From: Microcoleus sp.
Lineage (GTDB): Bacteria > Cyanobacteriota > Cyanobacteriia > Cyanobacteriales > Microcoleaceae
Length of the DNA: 64,000 nucleotides
Direction of reading: 5' to 3'
NCBI GenBank assembly: GCA_042408215.1
Contig: JAYFMW010000005.1
Span: 224,001-288,000, forward strand
Made by a program: the position numbers and the translations under genes. Shown piece by piece: positions 40,229 to 51,825 of this stretch. The notes under the pieces are model-generated. The model had not been told where the DNA came from and did no database searches. It worked only from the letters and a program-made list of their open reading frames with translations. How positions within the stretch are numbered: the first letter of the stretch is position 1; each line of letters begins with the position of its first letter.

Positions 40229-41866
40229 TCAATTCGTGCCTTCCAAAAACGTCTGTACGCGACCATTTGGTCTCAAAACAACTCTAATTCTGGGGTTATT
40301 GCCATTAGAAACAGCAGAAACAAAAGGCTCGCCGACTAAAGGCATATTAGTGCGATCGATATAATCTCCTGCTGCTTTTCCCATCGGCATAATACTTTGA
40401 ATTGACCCTTTTTCATCGATCTGCACGCTGTACTCCAAAGTTTCTTGCATACCTTCGGTGGGCTTCCAGCGTTCCTCAAAATAAGCTCTAGCTTCCGAAA
40501 CCTGGGGGATAGTATCAAATAAAGTACGATTTTTTTGGTTCGCAGCCGCTTGCTGACTGTCTTCAGACTCAGCTTTTGGTTGAGCGTCCTCAAGGGTTGG
40601 CAGTTCGGTACTCCCAGGGGGAACGATCGCCCCGATGGGAGGAATAGCAGATTGTGGTTGGGGATTCTCCAGCCGGGAAGCAGACAGTGGTGGCACTAAA
40701 GGTGGCAGTAGCGGTGGCATTGGTGGGGCTACAGCGGGTGCGAGTCTCGGCGGCACGGGGGGGAGTCGATAGGGGACTGGAGGAGGCTGGGTGGCCGAAA
40801 TTGGGGCTTCTACGGGAGCAGGAATTGCGATCGCTTGCTCTTGAGAGGGCGGTGGGGCGATCGCTGGGCTGCCGTGACGCGGAAATAGCAAGGGCGGCTG
40901 CTGAATGGGGCTGGGCTTGTTAGTCCCAGGAGTTGAGGAGAGGGCGATCGGCGGCAAGCTGGGGCTGACGGATGCGATCGCGTCGATCGGCGGGGGTGGT
41001 AGGGGCGGCAAGGTGGGTGTGGCTGTGGGTGTGGCTGTGGGTGTGGCTGTGGCTGTGGCTGTGGGTGTGGGTGTGGCTGTGGCTGTGGGTGTGGCTGTGG
41101 GTGTGGCTGTGGGTGTGGCTGTGGGTGTGGCTGGGACAAGGGGGCTACCCGATGGGCCGATGGCTTGCTGTGCGGGGGCTGAGGCTGTTTGTGGCTCCCT
41201 GGGGGGTCCATCGAGCAATCTTGACTTAACCATTGTCAAGCCCACAATTGCCACAACCATCGCAGCCGCCGCCCCCAGCCAAGGTGCAGAAAATTGCTTT
41301 CCGGGCGATCGCATGAGCTTGGGTAGTGCCATCACCTCCGCAGCATATTCATCTAAAGCAGTCGCCAAGTCAAACAGTTGCAGGGTGCTTAAGGGCACTA
41401 CTGGCCCGGATTCTGCAACACTCAAAGAGCCTAAAAATAAGTTGTGGGCGAGTAAGCCGCGGGGTTCCAAGTGGGGATGAACCGGAAGGTAAGAAGTGTT
41501 CGGGGCCGAAGTTGCGATTTCATGGGGGTTGACGGCTTCGCCCAACATGACTGCGCTGCGGGTGGCCTGGGGCGAGTCGGCTTCGGAAACGGTATGGCTG
41601 ACTTCAGAAGTGAGGCTGCTTTCCCAAACGCGGGATTCCGTGAGAAAGTTTTGTACGTAGGTGCTGACAGCTTCGTGAAGGGCTTCTAGTTGAGTGCGAT
41701 CGCCCCTGAGAGTGACGTGTTCGGTTTCTGGTAGCCGCGGATCATCTAGTCGCAGCTCAAAACTTAAAGATTTCAACAGGGGTTGGCCCGCCCAGCGAGA
41801 TAGAGGCGAACTTTTAGCTGTAATTTCCAGCGTGCAAGTGGGGGGCGTGTACCGTTTCAGAACCAT
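40229..41866 (-). CDS. DUF4335-domain membrane protein with Pro/Thr-rich linker
   Basis: [41 protein letters not shown]. Confidence 0.85.
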   Translation of the reverse strand: MVLKRYTPPTCTLEITAKSSPLSRWAGQPLLKSLSFELRLDDPRLPETEHVTLRGDRTQLEALHEAVSTYVQNFLTESRVWESSLTSEVSHTVSEADSPQATRSAVMLGEAVNPHEIATSAPNTSYLPVHPHLEPRGLLAHNLFLGSLSVAESGPVVPLSTLQLFDLATALDEYAAEVMALPKLMRSPGKQFSAPWLGAAAAMVVAIVGLTMVKSRLLDGPPREPQTASAPAQQAIGPSGSPLVPATPTATPTATPTATPTATATPTPTATATATPTATPTATPTLPPLPPPPIDAIASVSPSLPPIALSSTPGTNKPSPIQQPPLLFPRHGSPAIAPPPSQEQAIAIPAPVEAPISATQPPPVPYRLPPVPPRLAPAVAPPMPPLLPPLVPPLSASRLENPQPQSAIPPIGAIVPPGSTELPTLEDAQPKAESEDSQQAAANQKNRTLFDTIPQVSEARAYFEERWKPTEGMQETLEYSVQIDEKGSIQSIMPMGKAAGDYIDRTNMPLVGEPFVSAVSNGNNPRIRVVLRPNGRVQTFLEGTN

Positions 41867-41877
41867 AGCAAAGAAGT

Positions 41878-42286
41878 CTGTTGACTGTTGACTGTTGACT
41901 GTTGGCTGTTGGCTGTTGGCTGTTGACTGTTGGCTGTTGGCTGTTGGCTGTTGGCTGTTGGCTGTTGGCTGTTGGCTGTTGGCTGTTGGCTGTTAACTGT
42001 TAACTAATGACTAATGACTAATGACTAATGACTAATGACTAATGACTAATGACTAATGACTAATGACTGATGACTAATGACTAATGACCAATGACTAACA
42101 ACCAATGACTAATAACCAATGACTAATAACCAATGACTAATAACCAATGACTAATAACCAATGACTAACAACCAATGACTAATAACCAATGACTAATGAC
42201 TAATGACTAATGACCAATGACTAATGACTGATGACTAATGACTAATGACTAATGACCAATGACTAATGACTAATGACTGATGACTA
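41878..42286. repeat. STRR tracts (CTGTTGG/CTGTTGA, TAATGAC, and 17-mer variants)
   Basis: About 400 bp of tandem repeats. Confidence 0.92.
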
Positions 42287-42889
42287 ATTTTTAGCGCGGT
42301 CTAGGAGAGCCAGCCAGAGGCGGCGGTGGCCGTTGGGGCTGCTGTAAAATAGCAAATCGATCAGGAGTTTGAGAGCCAAATTAGTTAGTTCTTTGCCGGA
42401 TAAATCTTCTGCATCTTCCATGCGCGAGGCATAAAAATTGCTGAATTTGTCAATATAATCTCCCAACAAAGCGATTGTGTGAGGTTCGCGATTTTGCTCT
42501 GCCATTTGTTCCAGCAGAGCCACAGCACGGCGGATTAAAGCTTGGTGCCCCATTGCTAAATGGCAGCTAATTAACACGAGCGATCGAGCTTCTTCCACAT
42601 CCAGCTTTTTCCGTCCCCCTTGGCCTTTGCGGAGCGGGTTCGACTGGCGCAGTCGCCACAGAGCCACCCGATCGGCCACTATTGATTCTAAGTTAAGTTC
42701 GGCTGCTACCCGCAGCATAGCCTCTGAGCCAATTCCTGTCAGAGCTTCTAGAGCTAACAGCACTAAATCCAGTTGGGCTTTAATGTTGTCCAACTGGGTA
42801 GCTTCTGGTGCTTTTTGGGTCAATTCTTCCCAGTTGGGAGACGGGCCCGTTTCGTTTGTGGGAGCGGAGGGCTTTAAAGTCGAGCGCAT
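42284..42889 (-). CDS. DUF3038-family protein
   Basis: LDLVLLALEAL, DRVALWRLRQSNPLR, LLFYS..GHRRLW. Confidence 0.88.
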   Translation of the reverse strand: MRSTLKPSAPTNETGPSPNWEELTQKAPEATQLDNIKAQLDLVLLALEALTGIGSEAMLRVAAELNLESIVADRVALWRLRQSNPLRKGQGGRKKLDVEEARSLVLISCHLAMGHQALIRRAVALLEQMAEQNREPHTIALLGDYIDKFSNFYASRMEDAEDLSGKELTNLALKLLIDLLFYSSPNGHRRLWLALLDRAKN

Positions 42890-43164
42890 GGCTTCAGCAT
42901 AGGAAATTAATACAGGTTCAGGCTGGATATCTAACAGTATCCGGTGCTTTTGCTTGTGGCCAGCATAGCAAAAGCAACTCTGTTAATCTTGCTCCACAAC
43001 CATGAGCTTTGATTTCGGCAACTCTACTGCTGGACGGAATTGCGAGTTGAAAGTTGCGTTTTCAAGTTCGATCGGCCAAAGCAAAACCCATAACCAAAAT
43101 TTCCCCCCAACTATGGTACGCCACAACGTGACCGAAATCAAAAAAGATCCTCGCTGTCTCGAAT

Positions 43165-43209
43165 GCTACTCATAGTCTGTCGCTACTTATAGTCTGTCAG
43201 ATTATAGTT
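43165..43209 (+). promoter_or_regulatory. C-box operator for the R-M controller protein
   Basis: TACTCATAGTC, TACTTATAGTC and AGATTATAGTT boxes separated by TGTC-containing spacers, matching the GACTTATAGTC C-box consensus. Confidence 0.8.
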
Positions 43210-43234
43210 GTCTTTGCTTAATCTGGCGCAATCT

Positions 43235-43447
43235 ATGGATATTACGGAGCAATTTGGTAAAAAAGTTAGACATTTCAGAAAGCTCAGAAATCTTTCCCAA
43301 GATCAGCTTGCAGAACTATCTGAATTACATCGTACTTATATTGGCTCAGTTGAACGAGGAGAAAGAAATATAACGCTGCTTAATGCAAACAAAATAGCCA
43401 AAGCATTATCCGTTAGTTTAGCTGAACTGGTAACTGATGATGACTGA
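43235..43447 (+). CDS. R-M controller (C) protein, XRE HTH
   Basis: FGKKVRHFRK..SQDQLAELSELHRTYIGSVERGERNITL; overlaps the start of the endonuclease gene. Confidence 0.92.
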   Translation: MDITEQFGKKVRHFRKLRNLSQDQLAELSELHRTYIGSVERGERNITLLNANKIAKALSVSLAELVTDDD

Positions 43448-44155
43448 AAGAAAACTAGATCAAATTTTAGCAAAATACCAAAATTCATTTACCGATAAAG
43501 TTTACGCAGAAGAGAATGAAGAACACGATATTTTAATGAATGTGTTTGGTATCTCTCCCATAATAAAAAGAGAAAATAGGCAATATTGGGGGCGCGAGTT
43601 AGGTATGTGTTGGCAATTATTAGTTATTGAAACGTGCAAAGCATATTGCAGTAGTTTTCAGCCAGCATTTAATACCAGTTTTTTATGAGGCTGCATAGAA
43701 TCTGATCCCCCCTAACCCCCCTTAATAAGGGGGGAACAAGATTCTGCTCTTTCGTCAACCCCTACTCACACCCTACTCCCTTATTAAGGGGGATTTAGGG
43801 GGATCGAGATATATGCAACGACCCATTAAATTGGTATAAAGTCGGAAGCGATGAGCCGTGCGATCTGATTGTTGATGGGTACGCGATAGATACAAAATAC
43901 CGTATTGGCTCAGGAGATTCTGGAACACTGAAAAAATTCAAATCCTATGGTCCACTACTTCGTACTTATAATTACGAGCCAGTTATTTTAATACTTAGAC
44001 AAGATAATTTGCCCGCAGCTATTACAGCGTGCCAAGTAGGGACTTGGAGAGTTTATACTGGGGATGCTTCCTTTGAGTTCATACAAACAATAAGCGGATT
44101 TGATTTAAAGTCATTTCTTACTGAAAGAGTGGGAGAATTCCCTGTATACCGCTGA
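43437..44155 (+). pseudogene. Type II restriction endonuclease (ApaLI-like PD-(D/E)xK) interrupted by a MITE
   Basis: Removing 43673-43836 plus one TAA restores 183 aa: ..RELGMCWQ..PAFKVGSDEPCDLIVDGYAIDTKYRIGSGDSGT.. Confidence 0.88.
43673..43836. mobile_element. 164-bp MITE with a TAA target duplication
   Basis: Ends TACCAGTTT / AAATTGGTA; TAA at 43670-43672 and 43837-43839. Confidence 0.9.
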
Positions 44156-45059
44156 CATTATCAAGGCGCTTGTTGATAATCTCTATGTATTCAGGTACTA
44201 TTTCAATACCAACATACCTAATCCCAAATTCTTGCGCCGCCAGTAATGTAGTTCCAGATCCTGCGAAAGGATCGATGAGAATAGAATTTTCCAAACGCGG
44301 TACAAATATTTCGACCAGCTTTCTCATTAGAGCGATCGGTTTAACTGTGCAATGAACGTTAAACTCCTCGGTTTTTTCACGCTGTATACCTTCTAAAATA
44401 TTGGACTGAAAACCACCGAACTGATCTTTAGTATAAAATAGACCAGTACCATACTCCTGTAGAGTTTCCAAGTAATTATTGACCAGTGGTTTTTGAAGTA
44501 CGCAGATTGCTTCCCATTCATTCCTCAAACAACTGTGCCAACCATCCCATTTTTCGGGATTTTCATATCCTTTCTTCTCGAACTGTTGTTTGATATTGAC
44601 ACCTTTAGGGATACCACTCGATCTTTTATAAACAAGCATATCTCTCGCATAGAATCCAGCATTTTCAAGTGCTACTTGTACGTGAGCAACAGTTCGTGTG
44701 CTGTTGAAAACTAAAACTGTCGCACCCGGTTTGCAGATCCGAAAATGCTGCTCACCCCAATCAAGGCACCACTTCTCATAATCCAGAATGTTGTTACGAT
44801 TCCTTTGATACCATTTTTCGTTTCTGACTCCACCAGCTAAACCACTGCCATAAGGAATGTTTTTAACAAGGGTTTTATTTCCCTTGTCATTGACTCTTTC
44901 AATACGTCTTTGAATTTCTGAATCATCCCATTTATGACCAATAAATTCATAATTATAAGGTGGGTCAGTGATACACGCAGAAACATAATTTTCTGGCAAT
45001 GTCTTCATCACTTCACGACAGTCGCCAACCAAAACTTCATTTGAGGGAGTTTTTTTCAT
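44118..45059 (-). CDS. Site-specific DNA methyltransferase (N4-C/N6-A, beta class)
   Basis: TDPPY precedes HCTVKP and DPFAGSGTT. Confidence 0.95.
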   Translation of the reverse strand: MKKTPSNEVLVGDCREVMKTLPENYVSACITDPPYNYEFIGHKWDDSEIQRRIERVNDKGNKTLVKNIPYGSGLAGGVRNEKWYQRNRNNILDYEKWCLDWGEQHFRICKPGATVLVFNSTRTVAHVQVALENAGFYARDMLVYKRSSGIPKGVNIKQQFEKKGYENPEKWDGWHSCLRNEWEAICVLQKPLVNNYLETLQEYGTGLFYTKDQFGGFQSNILEGIQREKTEEFNVHCTVKPIALMRKLVEIFVPRLENSILIDPFAGSGTTLLAAQEFGIRYVGIEIVPEYIEIINKRLDNVSGIQGILPLFQ

Positions 45060-45118
45060 TAGTCAGGCAGTTACTCAAGTGGGAAATCAACTTTCAATCA
45101 TGCCACATTTGCAGTAGA

Positions 45119-45228
45119 TAGTGAATCTAAATGAGTCGTGAAACTCTCTTCTCTTTCCGAACTTCGCGTTCTTTGCGTCTTCGCGGTTCGTTGAAAACTT
45201 TTTTTCCACAACTCATTTATATTCGCTA
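45119..45228. mobile_element. Short MITE-like element
   Basis: Imperfect terminal inverted repeats TAGTGAATCTAAATGAGTCGTG / CACAACTCATTTATATTCGCTA. Confidence 0.65.
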
Positions 45229-45317
45229 TAGACAGTCTAAATCATATGTTCCTTGCGACTTGTTTTGCTGCATACAACTATACAATTACGAATCTACCGG
45301 AAATGTGTAAATCCTGA

Positions 45318-48005
45318 CTACTTCAAAAATGCGATCGTCACACCTCCACCTCCTTCCTTTTGACTAGCCAACTCATAGCGAGCAACCTGCGGATGAGTGT
45401 CCAGAAATTCGTGAATACCCCGCCGCAACTGTCCCGTGCCTTTCCCGTGAATTATCCACAGCACGCCATATTCAACAGCTTTGCTCAGAGCTCTGTCTAC
45501 TTCAATCTCAGCATCTGAGACTCTCGCACCCCGCAAGTCGATCGTATTGTTGGCAGTGCGAATTGCAATTTCGGGAGCAGATTTTGGCGATTCAGAGGGA
45601 GCTTGTTTAGCTTTCGCCGTCGCGATCGCTTGTGCCGCCGCCTTGGCTAATTGGGCTTTAGTTTCCGGTTTTTGACCGTCAAGAGATTCTATTTCTGCCA
45701 GTTTGACTGTCATTTTCATCATACCAAACCGCACGGTCAAATCTTCGTTGGCGTCTGGCCCACTCAGGACTTCAGCCGTTTGGCCCAAGCTGGGAATGCG
45801 GATGCGATCGCCCACTTTTGGCAGAAAACCCGGTTTGGGTTTGACCGGTGCTGTCCGCGAGGGCAAGTTTTTCTCGGCAATTTGATTCAAAGTTGCCGTT
45901 GCTTGTTGGGCATTTTGAGCTGTCTGGTTGCCCGACTGCAAGCGACGAATGATTTGAGCAATTTCGGATTTTGCCCCTGTTATCGCCTCATTTACTGCCA
46001 CTTCCTGAGCTATTTTTAGGTCTCGCTCCCGTTCTTGCAAAGCCGTCGCTTTTTGAGAAACTTCTCGGTGAAGCTGTTCTGTTTGTTGCAGCAGTTGAGC
46101 AGCTTCCCTGGCCTTAGTTTCCTGTTTCCGCCGCTGAGCTTCGAGTCCAGCAATCACTTGATTAACATCGGCAGAAGCACCCCCGACATAGGTTTGAGCT
46201 GATTCGACTATTTCTGCTAGCAAACCGAGTCTTTTAGCAATCGTGAGAGCATTGGAACGTCCGGGAATTCCCCACAGCAATCGGTAGGTGGGCTGCATAG
46301 AACTATCATCAAATTCCACTGAAGCATTTTCAAAGCGATCGTCTTGATATTTGAGAGCTTTGAGTTCGCCAAAGTGGGTAGTTGCGACTGTTAGCAGGGA
46401 ATGTTCGGCGAGGTATTGCAAAAGGGCGATCGCTAGTGCACTTCCCTCCGAGGGGTCTGTCCCCGCTCCCACTTCATCTAACAAAACTAAAGAATTGGGA
46501 ATTGGGCATCGGGAATTGGGAATTGGGAATGGGGAATTGGGAATTGGGAATGGGGAATTGGGAATTGGGAATTGGGCATCGGGAATTGAGTCTCCTGAGC
46601 GAAGTCGAAGGGTAGTGGAAGTATGGGGAATTGGGAGGTTTGAATCCTCTTCTCCTCCTTTTTTCAAGACTGCTAAAATACGACTGATGCGGCGTATGTG
46701 GCCGGAGAAAGTAGACAAACTTTGCTGCAAAGATTGTTCGTCACCAATATCAGCCAGAATATTGTCAAACCAAGGCAATTCTACAGGTTCGCGGGCGGGT
46801 ACAAACATTCCCGCTTTCGCCATCAGGGCGACCAATCCCAAGGTTTTGAGAGTAACTGTTTTGCCACCTGTGTTGGGGCCTGTGATGGCGACGACACGGA
46901 TGTGCGGCTGTATCGTTAGATCGATCGGCACTACTGGGAAACCTTGTTCGTATTGCTGCTGCCAGACTAATAGGGGATGTCGCAACTGACGCAAGGTGAT
47001 TTGCGATCGCAATTTGGGAATTTCTAATTGGCTGGTTTCCGACTTTTCCCCATCTAATTCTTCTCCATTTTTGGGTGTTAATTCTCTATTTTCTACTTCA
47101 ATAAATTTCGGCGGATTTGCTTCCAGCCATAAGCTGTAACGCGCTTTAGCACAAGCTAAATCTAAAATTGTCACCACAGCCAACAATCGGTCTAAATCAG
47201 GTTTGACAGCAGCAACTTCCCCGGTCAGGGTGCGTAGGACGGCTTCTACTTCTGCTTGTTCTTGCCTCAGCAATTGCCGCATTTGATTGTTGAGATTTAC
47301 TGTACTGTGGGGTTCTACATACAGTGTCGCGCCGCTGGCTGAGGAGTCGTGAACGATGCCCGGTATGGCATCTTTTTGGGGAGCTTTGACGGGAATAACA
47401 AAGCGCGAGTTCCTTTGGGTAATTACCTGTTCTTGAACGGCGTTGGATTGTCTCTGCAAAATCCCCTGTAATATTTGATAAATGCGATCGCGCAACTGTC
47501 GGATTTGAGTTCTAATTGTCCCTAATTTGGGAGTGGCTCGATCGGCTACTTGGGCGCGATCGTCTATGCAGCGGTGTATTTCTTGTTCTAATTCAGGATA
47601 AGTCCGCAATTGAGCTGCAAGTTCCTTGAGCGTCGGCACATCTGGCTGAGCATCAACGATCCGGCGCAATTGCCTTGCTCCCGCCAGGGTGGTAGCAATT
47701 GCCAGCAATTCTTCGCCACTAAGCAACCCTTGCAGTTCCGCTCGTTTCACAGAAGTGCCGATGTCTTGAATTCCTTCAAAAGTCAAGCCGCCGCTCAGCC
47801 TGCTCTCTAACTGATAAGCTTCCTGAGTTTGGGCCAGCAGTTCGGCCGTTTGAGCTGGAGTTGCCGGAATTTCGAGTTGGAGGGCGGCGGCGATGCCAAG
47901 TTTGGTGGCCGCGAAGGTAGCCAAGTGCTGACACAGGCGCGGCCATTCTAATAGTTCTAGGGTTTCGGCTTGAATCAAAGTTGAACGGTTGTTGGTAATT
48001 GGCAT
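45318..48005 (-). CDS. mutS2: Endonuclease MutS2 with an in-frame repeat insertion
   Basis: [28 protein letters not shown], Smr domain IIHGKGTG. Confidence 0.96.
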   Translation of the reverse strand: MPITNNRSTLIQAETLELLEWPRLCQHLATFAATKLGIAAALQLEIPATPAQTAELLAQTQEAYQLESRLSGGLTFEGIQDIGTSVKRAELQGLLSGEELLAIATTLAGARQLRRIVDAQPDVPTLKELAAQLRTYPELEQEIHRCIDDRAQVADRATPKLGTIRTQIRQLRDRIYQILQGILQRQSNAVQEQVITQRNSRFVIPVKAPQKDAIPGIVHDSSASGATLYVEPHSTVNLNNQMRQLLRQEQAEVEAVLRTLTGEVAAVKPDLDRLLAVVTILDLACAKARYSLWLEANPPKFIEVENRELTPKNGEELDGEKSETSQLEIPKLRSQITLRQLRHPLLVWQQQYEQGFPVVPIDLTIQPHIRVVAITGPNTGGKTVTLKTLGLVALMAKAGMFVPAREPVELPWFDNILADIGDEQSLQQSLSTFSGHIRRISRILAVLKKGGEEDSNLPIPHTSTTLRLRSGDSIPDAQFPIPNSPFPIPNSPFPIPNSRCPIPNSLVLLDEVGAGTDPSEGSALAIALLQYLAEHSLLTVATTHFGELKALKYQDDRFENASVEFDDSSMQPTYRLLWGIPGRSNALTIAKRLGLLAEIVESAQTYVGGASADVNQVIAGLEAQRRKQETKAREAAQLLQQTEQLHREVSQKATALQERERDLKIAQEVAVNEAITGAKSEIAQIIRRLQSGNQTAQNAQQATATLNQIAEKNLPSRTAPVKPKPGFLPKVGDRIRIPSLGQTAEVLSGPDANEDLTVRFGMMKMTVKLAEIESLDGQKPETKAQLAKAAAQAIATAKAKQAPSESPKSAPEIAIRTANNTIDLRGARVSDAEIEVDRALSKAVEYGVLWIIHGKGTGQLRRGIHEFLDTHPQVARYELASQKEGGGGVTIAFLK

Positions 48006-48182
48006 TCTCAGGCGTTGACCGAGAAGGTTAATTCACGATACTATGAATTAATTTTAAAGTTTTTTGGGTTTTTTGGGGGCGGTTATTGGTAATTTTTGGT
48101 AACATTTAATTATTTGAATTGTAAATATACAGGGATAATTCTGGCTGTTGTATCCTGAAAAGTAATTTGTGGAGCGGGTGTT

Positions 48183-49427
48183 ATGGGAAAGATTTTGGCG
48201 ATCGCCGATGCTATGACTTTCGAAGTCGTGCAACAGTTACTCTCAGGGGAGGGACATCAAGTGAGAGTCGCCCCCGACGCTAGGGAGGGTATGGATTTGG
48301 CTCGGCCAATGTCCCCGGATTTGATAATTTGTGATGGGACTTCCCCTCAAATCGAGTGGTTGGAGCTGTGCCGGTTGGTGAAGGCCGATCGAGCATTGGC
48401 CAAAGTGTATTTTATGCTACTGGCGACACCAGAGCAATTTAACAGGCAAACAGAATTGGATGAGTTGATTGACGATGTTGTGCTTAAACCAATAGTTAGG
48501 CAAGAATTATTAGGGAGAGTACGTGCAGGCTTGCGATCGCAGAGCTTGAAAATCGAGTTAGAGCGATCGCAACAAGAACTACAACTTGCTCGCGAGCGGA
48601 TGCTGTCACGGGAAAAAATGTCGAATTTAGGAGAGTTGGCATCGGGGATCGCTCACGAAATCAACAATCCTATTACATTTATTTACAGCAACTTGACTCA
48701 CGTACAAACCTATGCTAACGACTTAATAGAACTGCTGCGATTATATCAAAAACAGTTACTTAATCCCAGTCCTGAGATTCTGCAAAAACAGCAAGATATG
48801 GATGTAGAATTCGTCCTCGACGATTTATTAAAAATTGTGAGTTCGATGCGGACAGGGAGCGATCGCATTCGCCAAATTATCTTGTCAGTACAGGATTTTG
48901 CCCGGAGCGATCGTTCCGGGTGGCAATTATTTGATATTTCCGACGGTTTAGAAAACACTCTTTTGTTATTGCAGCACCGCTTACCGGCCCGCGAGGGAAG
49001 GCGGGATATCAAAGTAATTAAAGACTACGGAAATTTGCCACAAGTTGAGTGTTATGCCGGCCTGCTAAATCAGGCTTTTTTGAATACGATCAATTATGCG
49101 ATCGATACTTTAGAAGTATCCAGTCAAGAGTTGGCTCAGTCTGAATCCGTCAACTTTAGACCAGTGATTCAGATTCGCACTCAAGTAGTCGATTCCCAGC
49201 GAATATCTATAGAAATTTCCGATAATGGCATCCCCATAAATGAAGATATCAAAGCGCAAATATTCGACCCAGTTTTCATGTCAAAAACCACGGGGGAAGG
49301 AAGCGGGTTGGGACTAGCCATGAGCTACCTGATAGTTGTGGAGCAGCACAAAGGCGAATTGAAGTTTTTTTCCGAACCAGAGCAAGGCAATAAATTTCGG
49401 ATCGAAATTCCGCGGCGGCACACTTAA
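48183..49427 (+). CDS. Receiver-histidine kinase hybrid
   Basis: N-terminal degenerate receiver; AHEINNP, DNG, GSGLGL. Confidence 0.9.
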   Translation: MGKILAIADAMTFEVVQQLLSGEGHQVRVAPDAREGMDLARPMSPDLIICDGTSPQIEWLELCRLVKADRALAKVYFMLLATPEQFNRQTELDELIDDVVLKPIVRQELLGRVRAGLRSQSLKIELERSQQELQLARERMLSREKMSNLGELASGIAHEINNPITFIYSNLTHVQTYANDLIELLRLYQKQLLNPSPEILQKQQDMDVEFVLDDLLKIVSSMRTGSDRIRQIILSVQDFARSDRSGWQLFDISDGLENTLLLLQHRLPAREGRRDIKVIKDYGNLPQVECYAGLLNQAFLNTINYAIDTLEVSSQELAQSESVNFRPVIQIRTQVVDSQRISIEISDNGIPINEDIKAQIFDPVFMSKTTGEGSGLGLAMSYLIVVEQHKGELKFFSEPEQGNKFRIEIPRRHT

Positions 49428-49558
49428 TATCAACTGCGGTTAATTACCGATCGATTTCTCATTTTCCTCTCTTTCTCTGCGCCCTCTGCGCCCTCTGCGG
49501 TTCATTAAAAAAAATCTCATTCATACACAAAATAAAACTGCTACACCAACAGACTAAA

Positions 49559-49903
49559 ATGGAAGCGATAGCCAAAGTAACTGCAACTGAAACAGCCTTA
49601 AAATTAATAGACTACCTCAAAACCCAGCACGGACAATTAATGTTTCACCAAACCGGCGGCGGCTGCGAAGGTAGTTCCCCCATGTGCTTTCCAGATGGCG
49701 AATTCATAGTCGGCGATGCGGATGTATTGCTAGGCGAAATAGGTGGTTTTCCTTTCTATATCGGAACCCAGCAATACGAATACTGGCAGCACACGCAGTT
49801 AATTATAGACGTAGCATCAGGACCAGGAGGCAGCGATTTTTCCCTGGAAGGGCCGGAGGGAGAACGTTTTATTACTCGTTCTCGCTTGGCCAGTCAATGC
49901 TGA
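49559..49903 (+). CDS. DUF779-family protein
   Basis: LMFHQTGGGCEGSSPMC, QYEYWQHTQLIIDV, FSLEGPEG. Confidence 0.9.
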   Translation: MEAIAKVTATETALKLIDYLKTQHGQLMFHQTGGGCEGSSPMCFPDGEFIVGDADVLLGEIGGFPFYIGTQQYEYWQHTQLIIDVASGPGGSDFSLEGPEGERFITRSRLASQC

Positions 49904-49985
49904 TTAACTCTAATTTTTGTAACTAAGATATATTGTTATCTTGGATGCAATCTAGAGCCTTCTATCTCAGAAGTTGAAAAAACGG

Positions 49986-50822
49986 ATGAACGCTATAATT
50001 ATTGGTTGTGGCTATGTTGGAAGTGTCGTTGCTCAGCATTGGCAAAACCTGGGTCACGCAATCACTGCAACGACGACAACGCCAGACCGGATTGGGGAGT
50101 TACAGAAATTTGCCAACCAGGCGATCGTCCTGAAGTGCTGCGATGAAGAGACATTACAGACGATCTTGCAAAATCAAGATGTGGTCTTCCTGAGTGTCGC
50201 TCCTACAGCAAACCAACAAGTAGATGCCCTGATGTACGAGGAGACATACCTGCATACGGCCAACAACCTTGTTCTTGCCTTGAAGCATTTTCCCAACGTG
50301 AAACAACTCATATATACCAGTAGTTGTGCTGTCTATGGCAATAGTAATGGAGCCTGGGTGAGTGAAGTGTCACCTGTGGCACCAGCTAACAGACATGGAG
50401 AGATTTTACATGATACAGAGCAAGTTTTGCTGTCAGCATCCAGCCAAGATTTGAAAGTATGTATCTTTCGCCTTGGAGCAATTTATGGACCTGATCGCGA
50501 GCTCAAGAAACGGTTTACTAAGCTTGCAGGCACAACTCGCCCAGGCTCAGGCAATCATTTCACCAATTGGATTCATTTGGACGACATTGTATCAGCAAGT
50601 GAGTTTGCGCTCGATCGTCAATTACAAGGAATTTATAACCTGGTGAATGATGTTCCGATCGCTGCTCGTGAATTGTTTAAACAACTGTGCGATCGCTACG
50701 AATTACCTGAAGTAGAATGGGATTCATCGGATACCAAAACTCCCTCGAACGATCGGCGCATATCGAATCAGAAGCTCAAAGCAGAAGGATACCAGTTCAT
50801 TCATCCGAAAGTCGAAGTTTGA
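49986..50822 (+). CDS. Atypical SDR / NAD-dependent epimerase family protein
   Basis: IIGCGYVG, SSCAVYG, IYGPDR, NWIHLDDI. Confidence 0.9.
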   Translation: MNAIIIGCGYVGSVVAQHWQNLGHAITATTTTPDRIGELQKFANQAIVLKCCDEETLQTILQNQDVVFLSVAPTANQQVDALMYEETYLHTANNLVLALKHFPNVKQLIYTSSCAVYGNSNGAWVSEVSPVAPANRHGEILHDTEQVLLSASSQDLKVCIFRLGAIYGPDRELKKRFTKLAGTTRPGSGNHFTNWIHLDDIVSASEFALDRQLQGIYNLVNDVPIAARELFKQLCDRYELPEVEWDSSDTKTPSNDRRISNQKLKAEGYQFIHPKVEV

Positions 50823-50827
50823 GGCTG

Positions 50828-51682
50828 TTAAATGGCGAATACCTCAGCCTTTTGATCCGGTTTTTCGTAGATTAAAGTACAGCTTCGGGGGGTGTTTTGA
50901 GTATCTGGTGTCCAACGCATTGAGGCATAATAGGGAGTATTGAATCGATCGCTCGAAATCACAAACTCAATGGCATCTGGCAACTGGATTTGTAGAAAAT
51001 CGCCTTGTATTTCAATCGGTTGAGGAGGAACTGGCAATTGAGCCATTTCATCCAATGAAACATAGGTTCCGCCTGTCGCTTGAGCAGGAAGTTTGAGGCT
51101 GTTGACTCGATCGATCCTACAGTGATTTTGTTCAGACCACCAAGGTTTGGCTGTCTCTTCCTTGCTCTCTCTGAATAATGAAAATAGGTTGGGTTGAAGG
51201 CTATTATCGGGGGATTTGTAGTACATCACCACCACACTCGTTCTTTTGCCTGATGCCAGGAGGTAAGGTTCAAAATAGAATCTTGAACCTGTTCGATCGT
51301 GTCCAACCATTATGTCAGAAGAATGGGGATTAAAAAGCAGATAAGCCTCTGGATCAACCGGATGGATAATCAGCGGATTACCCAAGGTCAAAACCCATTG
51401 TTTCTGCGTTACTGTTTCTGTCATCCGACTCCTGAAGTCGAGGGAATGGGTGACAGTTTGCCGATCGTCAGAAGGAATGAAGCTGCGTACAGAATCAAGA
51501 ATATCGAGAACCTGCCCTGCGCCATCATATCTAACCAATATCCCTTGCCAACGTCCGCAGTGATGAGCCATCAAAGTTTCCCACTGCTTTTGAGCAGTCA
51601 AAGGTACTTTGGCGGTGATGGACAGTCTGTTCTCTGACATTGGCGTATCCCTATTTTCCCTATACATTAATGAAGAAGTCAT
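50828..51682 (-). CDS. DUF3598-like protein
   Basis: QWETL..GRWQG..RYD; start may be 51640. Confidence 0.65.
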   Translation of the reverse strand: MTSSLMYRENRDTPMSENRLSITAKVPLTAQKQWETLMAHHCGRWQGILVRYDGAGQVLDILDSVRSFIPSDDRQTVTHSLDFRSRMTETVTQKQWVLTLGNPLIIHPVDPEAYLLFNPHSSDIMVGHDRTGSRFYFEPYLLASGKRTSVVVMYYKSPDNSLQPNLFSLFRESKEETAKPWWSEQNHCRIDRVNSLKLPAQATGGTYVSLDEMAQLPVPPQPIEIQGDFLQIQLPDAIEFVISSDRFNTPYYASMRWTPDTQNTPRSCTLIYEKPDQKAEVFAI

Positions 51683-51825
51683 TAGTCATTAGTTATTAGT
51701 CATTAGTCATTGGTTCTTTGTTATTGGTTATTGGTTATTTGTTGGTTGCAATGCCCAATGCTCAATGCCCAATGCCCAATGCCCAATGCCCAATGCCCAA
51801 TGCCCAACTATTCTCCTTAACTACT

